64,000 nucleotides of DNA from Gemmatimonadota bacterium (GTDB taxonomy: Bacteria; Latescibacterota; UBA2968; UBA8231): the NCBI GenBank assembly GCA_018672475.1, contig JABHFS010000109.1:3713-67712 (forward strand). Direction: 5' to 3'. Below the pieces are notes generated by a model, which was not told where the DNA came from, ran no database searches, and saw only the letters and a list, made by a program, of their open reading frames with translations. Positions within the stretch are counted from its first letter, which is position 1. Every line of letters starts with the position of its first letter. The position numbers and the translations under genes are program-made. Positions 43,125 to 52,063 of the stretch are shown here, piece by piece.

Positions 43125-44060
43125 ATGATCAAGCGGATCTTGCGTCGCATACTGCCAGCTGGGGTATATGGCGTGGGCAAGGCGAGGCTCAAGCGTTTTC
43201 GCGTTCGTCGCCAGTTGCTCAAACCCAAGATCGGAGAGGATGCCATGCGTCGTATTCTCGCCGATGAGTTGCGGCTTGTTCGCGGCGATATCGTATTTGT
43301 GCACAGTTCGGTGGATGCGCTCAACCTCGACTTTCCCTTCTTTAAATTGCTGGGTATGTTGCGCGAAGTTGTCGGAGCAGAAGGAACCCTGCTTTTTCCC
43401 GCGAGCCAGTTGACTGAGCGCCCCGAAACTTGGTTGGCTGGTGGGCAGGTTTTCGATCTCAAGCGCAGCCCGACGTCAATGGGTTTATTGGCCGAGTGGG
43501 CCCGACGCCAACGCGGCAGCGAGCGCAGTATGCACCCGACGCACTCGGTGGTCGCGCAGGGGCCGCTAGCGGTCGAATTGCTCGGCGAGCACCACTGGAG
43601 TCCAGCGCCTTGCGGGGTGCATAGCCCTTATTATAAAATGCTTGAGAAGGGGGGAGTTGTCGTGGGTTTGGGTGTCGACGCGGATGTGCTGACCATGGTG
43701 CATTGCGTCGAAGATGTGCTCGGCGGACGCTTTCCGGTCCAGACGCGGCGTTCCGAGTTATATTCTGCTCGGGTATTGGATATGGAGGGGCACGAGTCCC
43801 TGGTCAAAACGGCCATCGGCCACCCGCGCATGCGCTTTCGCCGCATGTTGGATTTTATGGCGTGCCATATCGACGGACGAGTTTGTCGGAGACTGCAGGT
43901 CGAGGGCGTACCGTTTTATCGAGTAGAAGCTAAGCCTCTATACGAAAGCATGATGACCCTGGCGCAGCGGGGGGTGACGATATATTGGCGCAGCATCCAT
44001 CGGCAGAGTCCCTTTGAAACCATCTTGAGCTATATGGCGGAGAAACTGGAGGCGAGATAG
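43125..44060 (+). CDS. AAC(3)-family (aminoglycoside N3-acetyltransferase-like) N-acyltransferase
   Basis: VFVHSSVDAL, GTLLFPA, MGLLAEWARR, SMHPTHSVVA, SPYYKM and VVGLGVD...TMVHCVEDV follow the Antibiotic_NAT family pattern. Confidence 0.8.
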   Translation: MIKRILRRILPAGVYGVGKARLKRFRVRRQLLKPKIGEDAMRRILADELRLVRGDIVFVHSSVDALNLDFPFFKLLGMLREVVGAEGTLLFPASQLTERPETWLAGGQVFDLKRSPTSMGLLAEWARRQRGSERSMHPTHSVVAQGPLAVELLGEHHWSPAPCGVHSPYYKMLEKGGVVVGLGVDADVLTMVHCVEDVLGGRFPVQTRRSELYSARVLDMEGHESLVKTAIGHPRMRFRRMLDFMACHIDGRVCRRLQVEGVPFYRVEAKPLYESMMTLAQRGVTIYWRSIHRQSPFETILSYMAEKLEAR

Positions 44061-44064
44061 AATT

Positions 44065-44355
44065 TTGCAAAGGCGCGAGAAGATTGCGGCGCTTGTAGGC
44101 GCGGCAATAGACGAACTAAATTTGCAACGAGGTCCAGGTGAAGCGCTGGGCAAGGCCGCGGATACCCTGCTTTTTACCCTGGGTGGTCCGCTTGATTCGC
44201 TGGGTTTGGTCAATCTAATCGCGGATCTGGAAGGTCGGGTGGAGGCTGAATTCGGCGAATGGGTCAACTTGGCGGATGAAACCTTGTTTGCAGGCGAAGG
44301 CAGCCCCTTCCAGAGCGTCGGCCGCTTGGTCGATTATATCGACGGAATCCTATGA
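44065..44355 (+). CDS. Acyl carrier protein-like protein
   Basis: 96 aa. GGPLDSLGLVNLIADLE carries the phosphopantetheine-Ser (DSL) motif. TTG start. The stop overlaps the FkbH start (ATGA). Confidence 0.7.
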   Translation: MQRREKIAALVGAAIDELNLQRGPGEALGKAADTLLFTLGGPLDSLGLVNLIADLEGRVEAEFGEWVNLADETLFAGEGSPFQSVGRLVDYIDGIL

Positions 44356-46025
44356 GCGGTGATGTTTGTCTGCTCTTGGCCGATTTTAACAGCGGTAACC
44401 TCGCGGCCTATTTGCGTAATGACCAAGCGGCACCGCTCTTCGAGGTGGTCGAAGCTCCTTATGATCAAGTGGTGCCGATTCTTGCCGATGCTGGGCACGC
44501 GAGTTGGGCTGCGGGCGCGCAAATCGCGGTAGTGTGGACTCGGCCCGAGGCGGTGAGCCCGACTTTTTCTGCCATCCTGCGCGGTGATGTCGCCGATCTC
44601 GGCCGCTTGGCGGCAGAAGTCGACCGCTATACCGAATTGCTCATCGAAGCCGGCCTTAGGGTGCAATTGATGCTGGTGCCGACTTGGGTCGTGCCGACCT
44701 ATCGCCGTGGTCTGGGCATGTCCGATTTCAGACCCGGCGGTGTCGCGCATGCCCTGATGACAATGAATGGCCGCCTTGTCGCGGCATTGGCCGGTGATCC
44801 GCGCGTCTATGTACTTGATGCGCAGAAGTGGTGCGAGAGGGCGGGCGCCAAAGCCTTTGACCCCAAGCTTTGGTATTTGGGCAAGATCCCCTTTGGTCAC
44901 GAAGTGTTCAAGGCGGCGATTCCGGATATAAAGGCCGCGCTGAGGGGCGTGAATGGCCGCGCGAAGAAGTTGCTGGTCGTCGATCTCGACGATACGCTGT
45001 GGGGGGGAATTGTCGGCGAGGTAGGGGTGGAGGGTTTGGTATTGGGAGGGCACGACCGGGTGGGCGAGGCCTTTCTCGATTTTCAACGGGCGTTGAAGGC
45101 GCTGGTGCGTCGCGGGGTGCTCTTGGGCATTGTGAGCAAGAATGAGGAGCAGGTGGCGCTGTCGGCGATCAATAGCCACCCGGAGATGGTATTGGGGCGA
45201 GCGGATTTTGCCGGCTGGCGGATCGATTGGACCGATAAGGCGCATCATATCGCCAGCTTGGCCGCGGAACTTAATCTGGGGCTGCAGGATGTCGTTTTTA
45301 TCGACGACAACCCTGCCGAACGCGCCCGTGTGCGCGAAGCTCTACCCGAAGTCCTGGTCCCAGATTGGCCGGCCGACCCATCGCACTATGCCGCGACCCT
45401 AGAGCAGATGGTCTGCTTCGATGCGCCGGACCGGACCTGGGAAGACGGCGCGCGCAATCAGATGTATGCCGAGGAAAAAGAAAGGCACACTGATCGGGAG
45501 GCTGTGGGGGCACTTGATGAATGGTTGCATACCCTGGCGTTGCAGGTTTCGGCCGAACGGGTGAATCGGACCAATGTGCGGCGGACGATTCAGCTATTGA
45601 ACAAGACCAATCAGATGAACCTCAGTACCCGGCGTTTGAGTGAGGCCGAGTTGGTCGAATGGGTAGGGCAGGAGGGGCGGGAGGCGTGGGTTTATCGCGT
45701 TGAGGATCGCTTTGGCGATTCGGGCTTGACGGGCATCCTCAGTTTACAGGCCGTCAGCGGTGGCGGTCGGGTGGTAGACTTCGTGCTCAGTTGCCGGGTG
45801 ATGGGACGCGGTGTGGAGGAAACGCTGCTTCACCATGCGGTTGCGCGTGCACAGGTTTTGGGTTGGGAAGAATTGCTAGTTGAGTATTTGCCGACAGAAA
45901 AGAACAAACCCTGCCTCGATTTGATGAGCCGAGCGCTACAACCACTAAAGGGAGAATTGCCGCTCTTTCGCTGGCCGATCGCATCTGAATTTCCGCTGCC
46001 CGGCCACGTCGAGTTTCGCTCGTGA
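44352..46025 (+). CDS. FkbH-like HAD-IIIC family protein
   Basis: LLVVDLDDTLWGGIVGEVG, GIVSKNEE and FIDDNPAER (HAD-IIIC). The C-terminal domain has DRFGDSGLTGI and VLSCRVMGRGVE, as in FkbH-type glyceryl-loading enzymes. Confidence 0.85.
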   Translation: MSGDVCLLLADFNSGNLAAYLRNDQAAPLFEVVEAPYDQVVPILADAGHASWAAGAQIAVVWTRPEAVSPTFSAILRGDVADLGRLAAEVDRYTELLIEAGLRVQLMLVPTWVVPTYRRGLGMSDFRPGGVAHALMTMNGRLVAALAGDPRVYVLDAQKWCERAGAKAFDPKLWYLGKIPFGHEVFKAAIPDIKAALRGVNGRAKKLLVVDLDDTLWGGIVGEVGVEGLVLGGHDRVGEAFLDFQRALKALVRRGVLLGIVSKNEEQVALSAINSHPEMVLGRADFAGWRIDWTDKAHHIASLAAELNLGLQDVVFIDDNPAERARVREALPEVLVPDWPADPSHYAATLEQMVCFDAPDRTWEDGARNQMYAEEKERHTDREAVGALDEWLHTLALQVSAERVNRTNVRRTIQLLNKTNQMNLSTRRLSEAELVEWVGQEGREAWVYRVEDRFGDSGLTGILSLQAVSGGGRVVDFVLSCRVMGRGVEETLLHHAVARAQVLGWEELLVEYLPTEKNKPCLDLMSRALQPLKGELPLFRWPIASEFPLPGHVEFRS

Positions 46026-47137
46026 AAACCATCGCGCATTGCATCTCCCCCTACTTGCAGACCGCCGGCCCTTGGGTCTACGAGCAAATCCGCCGGCTCG
46101 AGCGCTTTCGCCCTGTTGTTTTGACCCAGGGCGCTTGTAATCTCGAACACTATCCGGTTGAGCCGCTGTACTCGGCTGAAGACTTCCCGCCGTTAAAAAA
46201 ACTCTGCAATAGGATCTGGCGTAAAACGACGAATAGCTACCCCTTCTATAAAGGTATTTTACAGCGCGAGAACGCGGCGTTGATCCACGCGCATTTCGGC
46301 TATGAGGCGTGCCGGCTGTTGGCCAGCAAAAAGGCGAGCGGCTTGCCGCTATTGACGACCTTCTACGGGGCGGACGCGACGGAGTATCCGCGTTATCCGC
46401 AATGGCGTGAACGCTATCGGCACCTCTTCGCTGCCGGTGAACTCTTTCTGGCCGAAGGTGGGGCGATGGCGCAGAAACTGGTCGATCTCGGTTGTCCGCA
46501 AGACAAGGTGCGCGTATGGCGATTGGGTGTGGATATCGAGCGGATTGAATGCATTGAGCGTTCGCCGGGCGAGCGGGTATGCTTTCTCATCTGTGCGGGT
46601 TTTAAAGAGAAAAAGGGCATCCCTTATGCGCTTAAAGCTCTCGCTGTAGCCCAGGCCAACCGACCCTTCCCCTATGCGCTGACCTTGGTCGGCGATGGGG
46701 AGGACCGACCGCAGATCGAAGCGCTGGTTGACGAGTTGGGTTTGCGCCCGTGTACCACTTTCAAAGGCATGATGCCCTATGAGCAAGTGCTGGCGGAATT
46801 ACCCCGGCATGATATCCTATTGCAGACCAGCGTTACGGCGCAAAACGGCGACGGCGAGGGCGGCGCCCCGGTGATCCTGCTCGACGCGCAAGCTTCGGGA
46901 ATGCCGGTATTGGCTACAACGCACGGGGATATCCCGGAGTATGTGCGCGACGGCGAAAGCGGCTATTTGGCCCAGGAGCGAGATGTGGAGGGTCTGGCCG
47001 AACGCATGTCGCTCTTGGTGGATCAGTCGCAACGTTGGGCTGAAATGGGGAGGATGGGGCGGTCTCATGTTGAGGACCGATATGGGGCAAGGCGGCAGAT
47101 CCAGGCGTTGGAGCGAATCTACGACGGGTTGGTCTGA
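46022..47137 (+). CDS. Glycosyltransferase, GT4 (GT-B) family
   Basis: The GTG start overlaps the FkbH stop (GTGA). EGGAPVILLDAQASGMPVLATTHGDIPEYV is the E-X7-E region. Confidence 0.85.
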   Translation: MKTIAHCISPYLQTAGPWVYEQIRRLERFRPVVLTQGACNLEHYPVEPLYSAEDFPPLKKLCNRIWRKTTNSYPFYKGILQRENAALIHAHFGYEACRLLASKKASGLPLLTTFYGADATEYPRYPQWRERYRHLFAAGELFLAEGGAMAQKLVDLGCPQDKVRVWRLGVDIERIECIERSPGERVCFLICAGFKEKKGIPYALKALAVAQANRPFPYALTLVGDGEDRPQIEALVDELGLRPCTTFKGMMPYEQVLAELPRHDILLQTSVTAQNGDGEGGAPVILLDAQASGMPVLATTHGDIPEYVRDGESGYLAQERDVEGLAERMSLLVDQSQRWAEMGRMGRSHVEDRYGARRQIQALERIYDGLV

Positions 47138-47273
47138 GCGTTGAGTGGCGGCGTAATCGACGGTATCGACGAGGGCGATATTAACCGTCAGGTCCGTTCC
47201 GGGGGATTGAAGACCTGTGGTTCGTCGATAAAAATATAGGGTGTGTAAAGGAGAAAAAGCGGACCGCGATATC

Positions 47274-47822
47274 CTACTCTTCTTCTTCTTCTTCGTCCTC
47301 AATCCAGTAGCGTTGGTACTCTTCGAAATAAGCTAAGGTCTCGAAACCCTCCATGCGGTCTAGGAAGAGCACGCTGTCGAGATGGTCGATCTCGTGTTGC
47401 AGGACGCGGGCGAAAAAACCTTCGGCTGCAAATTCGACCTGCTGCCCTTCAACGTCGAACCCTTTGACTTCCACCGCCGCCGAGCGGGGGACGACACCGC
47501 GGATGTCGGGGATGCTCAGGCACCCCTCCCACCCATCTACTCGTTCGTCCGACATGGCGGTAAGTTCCGGGTTGAACAGAACGGTTAGCGGAATAACCCC
47601 CTCTTCTTCTGGATCGACATCGGGCATCCCCAAGACGATCAAGCGCAGGGGTTGATAGACTTGCGGCGCTGCGAGTCCAATACCTTCGTAGTCGACCATC
47701 GTTTCGACCATATCCGCGACTAGGCGCTGTAATGGCGGGTTTGTCATTTCTTCGGGCGGTATGTCCTTTGCGCGTTGCCGCAACACGGGGTGCCCCATGC
47801 GCGATACTTTGAGAATGGCCAT
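47274..47822 (-). CDS. def: Peptide deformylase with an acidic C-terminal tail
   Basis: GIGLAAPQV, EGCLSIP and QHEIDHL motifs. The C-terminus is YWIEDEEEEEE. Confidence 0.95.
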   Translation of the reverse strand: MAILKVSRMGHPVLRQRAKDIPPEEMTNPPLQRLVADMVETMVDYEGIGLAAPQVYQPLRLIVLGMPDVDPEEEGVIPLTVLFNPELTAMSDERVDGWEGCLSIPDIRGVVPRSAAVEVKGFDVEGQQVEFAAEGFFARVLQHEIDHLDSVLFLDRMEGFETLAYFEEYQRYWIEDEEEEEE

Positions 47823-47890
47823 GGCTCTTTCTCTTTTTAGGTGGAAAAGAGAAAAAGGGCTGTTGGCGGGAATCTGTCAATTGCCGGGGT

Positions 47891-48514
47891 TTATTTGAGG
47901 CGTTTTTTGAGTTTTTGCGCGCGTTTGGCTTTGAGGTGTCTAAGCACCTTATTGCGGGCCTCGGCCGAGAATTGGCGCAGCAGGAAGGTCGCGCTCTGAT
48001 CGTCGAGCGCGGCGACTTCCAGGGCGATTTCTTTGGCGGGCAGGGCGACCAGCGACTGCGCCAGCGCTTTCAGCATGGCGTCGCGGTCTTTCTTTAAGGC
48101 TTTTAGTTCGCGCCCTAACTCTTGCTTAAGCGTGCCGAGTTGGTTCATGGCGGCCTGATTGGGCGCCAGGTTGGCCGGTTGGCTCGCGGCGGATGCCGCA
48201 GGTTGTTGCGCCGATGGGGAGGAGGATAGTGTTTCGCTTGCCAGGGTTGGTGTCGGCGTCGGCTGTTCTGGGGTTGCGGCGTTGGGCGAGGTGGTCGATT
48301 GCGGCCGACGTGCCGCACGCGTTTTGCGGGTGCTTGGGCGGCGTTTTTCTGTACGGGTCTCCACAGGTGTTTCTTGTTGGATGCGGCTTTGCGCCACTCG
48401 GCGGCGGGTGGGGCGTTTGGCATTGGTGTCTACTGCCGCCAGCATAATAGCCAGAATCATCCCGAAGGAGAGGGTCATGCCTGCGAATATCAACAGGAGC
48501 GATTTGGGGTTCAT
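47891..48514 (-). CDS. Membrane-anchored protein with a Pro/Thr/Ser linker and a MgtE_N/MotE-like C-terminal helical domain (tentative)
   Basis: From the ATG at 48514: TM helix LLLIFAGMTLSFGMILAIMLAAV, a low-complexity linker, and the C-terminus PAKEIALEVAALDDQSATFLLRQFSAEARNKVL. Function uncertain. Confidence 0.5.
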   Translation of the reverse strand: MNPKSLLLIFAGMTLSFGMILAIMLAAVDTNAKRPTRRRVAQSRIQQETPVETRTEKRRPSTRKTRAARRPQSTTSPNAATPEQPTPTPTLASETLSSSPSAQQPAASAASQPANLAPNQAAMNQLGTLKQELGRELKALKKDRDAMLKALAQSLVALPAKEIALEVAALDDQSATFLLRQFSAEARNKVLRHLKAKRAQKLKKRLK

Positions 48515-48586
48515 GGCAAAATTTGCTGCTGTTGTGGGCACGTTTGGCGACTCCACCTCTGAATTTAATATACGGTGAAGTAGGTC

Positions 48587-48645
48587 AAGTGGTGTAAAAA
48601 CAGATATATAAACTTCTTTGCCTACTCTTTTGGTATAAAAACAAG
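48587..48645. repeat. Two copies of the motif (AA)GTGGTRTAAAAACAR; a third copy lies at 50330-50347
   Basis: AAGTGGTGTAAAAACAG (48587-48603) and TGGTATAAAAACAAG (48631-48645), compared with AAGTGGTATAAAAACAAG (50330-50347). All are on the plus strand, in AT-rich intergenic DNA flanking the flagellar region. Confidence 0.5.
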
Positions 48646-48660
48646 CAAAGAATAGGCCAA

Positions 48661-49236
48661 TTATTGGGCGGGCGAGCGGCAACAGCGGAAACCGACTAGG
48701 TCGAGGCGGTATTCAGGCCCCAGATGATAGCCATAGCGGGCGTCGGATCGGGCGAAGTTGACACTTTGAAAATAGGACCCACCGCGTACGACTCGCCAAA
48801 GGTCGGGTTGTGAATACCAAGAGGCCGTCCACTCCCAGGCATTGCCGATCATATCGTGGACTCCATAGTCGTTAGTACAGCGCTCATAGTCCCCGCTCGG
48901 GGCTAAACCCGGACCGCGTTGCCATGCTCCATCAACTTTGATGGGCGTATTGCAGCGTCCCGATTCTAATTGATCCCCATAGGAATACTTGAAATGCTGC
49001 GGACCAGTGCAGGCTTTTTGCCACTCTTGTTCGGTGCAAAGTCTTTTGTCTTGCGCTGCACAAAGCGATTCGGCCTGGCGCCAGGTTACGTCGACTTTGG
49101 GCAATAGGCCGCGCTGATTGGGGTACTCGTATACATCTATATAAAAGGTCCCTTCAATCAGTGCCATATTTCCTTCACCAGCTGAGATCAGTGAGGGCAA
49201 GACCAGTAGGATTGAGAGGGTTAATAGTCTATTCAT
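48661..49236 (-). CDS. Small secreted FGE-sulfatase-domain protein
   Basis: Signal MNRLLTLSILLVLPSLISA. FYIDVYEYP, RLCTEQEWQKAC, GNAWEWT, VVRGGSY and GFRCC. Confidence 0.8.
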   Translation of the reverse strand: MNRLLTLSILLVLPSLISAGEGNMALIEGTFYIDVYEYPNQRGLLPKVDVTWRQAESLCAAQDKRLCTEQEWQKACTGPQHFKYSYGDQLESGRCNTPIKVDGAWQRGPGLAPSGDYERCTNDYGVHDMIGNAWEWTASWYSQPDLWRVVRGGSYFQSVNFARSDARYGYHLGPEYRLDLVGFRCCRSPAQ

Positions 49237-49239
49237 TGC

Positions 49240-50187
49240 TTATTCCACAAATTGAATCGCGCCAAAGCGCTCAGGGTGGTGAAAGCCCCGTTGGTATGTC
49301 TCGCTCCAAGCGGTATACTCGGTCTGCTGGCCATAGTGGGTTTGTAGAGGGGATAAAGCCTCGATTATCGGTGCCAGGCGTTTATTCAATTTTGTAAGCT
49401 GTTGCCGGCTCTGCGGATCGAGTTGTGATTCATCGCGGTCCTCATGGCCTAGCCATAAGGTGTCTATCGCGGCACGAATAGGAGCGGCCTGAGCTTGCAG
49501 GGTGTTAATGCGTTTTTTCAAGTCCCGGCCGCCTTTGCGTTCGATGCGGTAGAGGTTGAGGCGCCAGATATCGCCAGATATAGGTTGCGCGCCACCGGTC
49601 ACGCTATCGGCCATTGCTGCCCAGGGAATAGCGATTTCCGCGGTCCAACCTTGGTCGAGTTGTAGCGAATCATTGACCGACCCGTGGATGGAAACCGCTG
49701 TTTTAAGTCCGTTGATATCCCAATCTATCGATGCAACCCACTCCGGGGAAATCGAGTAGACCAACAGATCGACGACCACATTCTGCGGATTGACTTCCAA
49801 TTCCAAGTAGTTTTTGCCATCGCCGTCGGGGTCTATAAAGACCTCTACGACTTCTTCCTCCCATAGGCGGTCGTCTTCGTTTTCGTAGATCGCCCATATA
49901 TCGGCATCCTGGCAAACAAACGAAAAATAGAAGTATTCGTCGTCCCAGAGCATCTTGCTGCGCGTGGCGAAATGTACATCAGCATAATCGTTTAGAATTC
50001 GATCTAAACTATTGATCTGATTGGATTTATCCCAGGAAAATTCATCGAGTTTGCCGTCGATTATTATTGGGTCTATGGCGCGTTCTACCGCATAGTAGGC
50101 CAATGGACCAACCGAGGTCAGTGCTTGTTCAGAAGTCGCGAGCGCGGGCCATAGGACAATGAGCATAAGACGCGGAAAGCAACGCAT
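49240..50187 (-). CDS. Secreted CBM9-like (carbohydrate-binding family 9 / DOMON-like) protein
   Basis: IDGKLDEFSWDKS, MLWDDEYFYFSF, VEVFIDPDGDGKNYLELEVNP, WTAEIAIPW and WRLNLYRIE. Confidence 0.75.
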   Translation of the reverse strand: MRCFPRLMLIVLWPALATSEQALTSVGPLAYYAVERAIDPIIIDGKLDEFSWDKSNQINSLDRILNDYADVHFATRSKMLWDDEYFYFSFVCQDADIWAIYENEDDRLWEEEVVEVFIDPDGDGKNYLELEVNPQNVVVDLLVYSISPEWVASIDWDINGLKTAVSIHGSVNDSLQLDQGWTAEIAIPWAAMADSVTGGAQPISGDIWRLNLYRIERKGGRDLKKRINTLQAQAAPIRAAIDTLWLGHEDRDESQLDPQSRQQLTKLNKRLAPIIEALSPLQTHYGQQTEYTAWSETYQRGFHHPERFGAIQFVE

Positions 50188-50382
50188 AAGTTCTCCATTT
50201 TTAAAGACACAAGGCGGTGTTGAATATACAAAAAATAGCGCCGGTCAACCAACATCGCTTCCGGCTAAAAGTTGGTGGAAATTATTTCCTTGTCACATTT
50301 GTACATAGGCCGGTGCTGTTTTCTAGTTAAAGTGGTATAAAAACAAGGGTATAGTAAGGGGCATGTTAAATGCTATTCTACG

Positions 50383-50398
50383 TGGCACATAGCTTGCT
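50383..50398 (+). promoter_or_regulatory. Sigma54 (-24/-12) promoter of the flgF operon
   Basis: TGGCAC-ATAGC-TTGCT, an exact consensus match, about 50 nt upstream of the ATG at 50449. Confidence 0.8.
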
Positions 50399-50448
50399 TC
50401 CCTATGATATGTGAAAAGACATTCTACCAGTAATAATAACGAGAGACC

Positions 50449-51240
50449 ATGATCGAAGGACTATTTATCTCAGCATCGGGCATGTTGCCAAAGGCTACGC
50501 AACAAGAGTCGATTGCAAATAATCTTGCAAATGCCGAAGTACCTGGTTTTAAAAAGGATAACCTCTTTATGCGCGAGGTGCGCGAGGCGATGAAACGGCA
50601 ATCTGGCGACTATCCAGATTGGCGCATCAATCGCTTTGAAGGGGCCTGGACCGACCATGAGCAAGCCAGATTGCGCAAAACAGGCGATGTATTCGATATG
50701 GCTTTAAGCGGCAAAGGTTTCTTTGCGCTACAGACGTCTTCTGGTGTGCAATATACCCGCAATGGCAATTTTTCTAAAAATGACCAGGGCATGTTGGTCA
50801 ATCCGCTGGGGCATCAAGTCCTCGATGAGGGTGGGGCGCCGATCGTTATACCTGAAAACATAACAGCGCCGATCATCGATGGGGCAGGGGTTGTGCGAGT
50901 GCGCGATGAAGCCACGGGGGAAGATACCGTTATAGCTACGATACAAATAGTTGATTTTCCAGAGCTTTATGATAAAAATGCTATGGCGCAGACCCCCTAT
51001 CAGAATCCGCTAAGAAAGTCCAAGGACGGGCTCTTTATTCCTCACCCCGCGACCTCACAGGTACCGGCTGATGAGGTGGAAATTGTACAGGGGTTTTTAG
51101 AAGAGTCGAATGTTGAACCGGTATTGGAAATGGTCAGAATGATCGACACTTTCCGCTCCTACGAGGCGGAACAACGAGCCATTCAGGTCCAAGACAGCAC
51201 TTTGGAGCGGGCCGTCAACGATCTCGGTCGCGTCAGTTAA
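50449..51240 (+). CDS. flgF: Flagellar basal-body rod protein FlgF
   Basis: N-terminal SIANNLANAEVPGFKK rod motif and a conserved C-terminal helix. Lies directly upstream of flgG. Confidence 0.85.
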   Translation: MIEGLFISASGMLPKATQQESIANNLANAEVPGFKKDNLFMREVREAMKRQSGDYPDWRINRFEGAWTDHEQARLRKTGDVFDMALSGKGFFALQTSSGVQYTRNGNFSKNDQGMLVNPLGHQVLDEGGAPIVIPENITAPIIDGAGVVRVRDEATGEDTVIATIQIVDFPELYDKNAMAQTPYQNPLRKSKDGLFIPHPATSQVPADEVEIVQGFLEESNVEPVLEMVRMIDTFRSYEAEQRAIQVQDSTLERAVNDLGRVS

Positions 51241-51264
51241 TAGATAGAGAAGGGGAGACATAAG

Positions 51265-52053
51265 ATGAGTAGGGCACTGTATACCGCGGCCACAGGGATG
51301 ATCGCTCAGCAGATGAACGTCGATAATATTGCCAATAACTTGGCGAATGTTAATACGACGGGTTATAAGAAGAGCAAAATGGAATTTCAGGATTTGCTCT
51401 ACCAACAATTGCGCCTTGCCGGTGCGACACAAGCCGAGGGCGCCCAGGTGCCGGTGGAATTGCAAATCGGCTATGGCACGCGCCCCGTGGCAACACAGCG
51501 GATCTTCTCGCAGGGCACCATCGTGCCGACGGGTAATCCACTCGACGTTTCGATCGACGGCAATGGCTTTTTACAGGTGACCTTGCCCGACGGTACGACA
51601 TCCTTTACTCGCGACGGGGCATTGAAGATGGGGTCCGACGGCACCATCGTCACCTCTGACGGTTATGCGCTCGAACCGCAAATCACCGTGCCGCAGGATG
51701 CTACGGATATCAATATCTCGTCCAATGGCGAAGTGTCCGTCAAGCTCCCGGGTACTGCGGCCTTTCAGACGGTGGGGCAGTTGGAACTGGCTCGATTCAT
51801 CAATCCGGCCGGCCTCAAGACGATCGGGCGGAACCTGATGCTCGAGACGCAAGCCTCGGGTGTGGCGATTATCGGCGCGCCGGACGGAGAAGGATTCGGC
51901 AAGCTGTCGCAGCGCTTTTTGGAACTGTCGAATGTGGAAGTAGTCGACGAGATGGTGAGCATGATCGTCGCCCAGCGGGCCTATGAGATCAATTCCAAGG
52001 CGATTCAGACTTCCGAGGAAATGCTCTCGAACGCCAACAACCTGAAGCGATAG
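51265..52053 (+). CDS. flgG: Flagellar distal rod protein FlgG
   Basis: ALYTAATGMIAQQMNVDNIANNLANVNTTGYKKSKMEFQDLLYQ and C-terminal LELSNVEVVDEMVSMIVAQRAYE are close to E. coli FlgG. Confidence 0.95.
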   Translation: MSRALYTAATGMIAQQMNVDNIANNLANVNTTGYKKSKMEFQDLLYQQLRLAGATQAEGAQVPVELQIGYGTRPVATQRIFSQGTIVPTGNPLDVSIDGNGFLQVTLPDGTTSFTRDGALKMGSDGTIVTSDGYALEPQITVPQDATDINISSNGEVSVKLPGTAAFQTVGQLELARFINPAGLKTIGRNLMLETQASGVAIIGAPDGEGFGKLSQRFLELSNVEVVDEMVSMIVAQRAYEINSKAIQTSEEMLSNANNLKR

Positions 52054-52063
52054 GGCTAAAACG

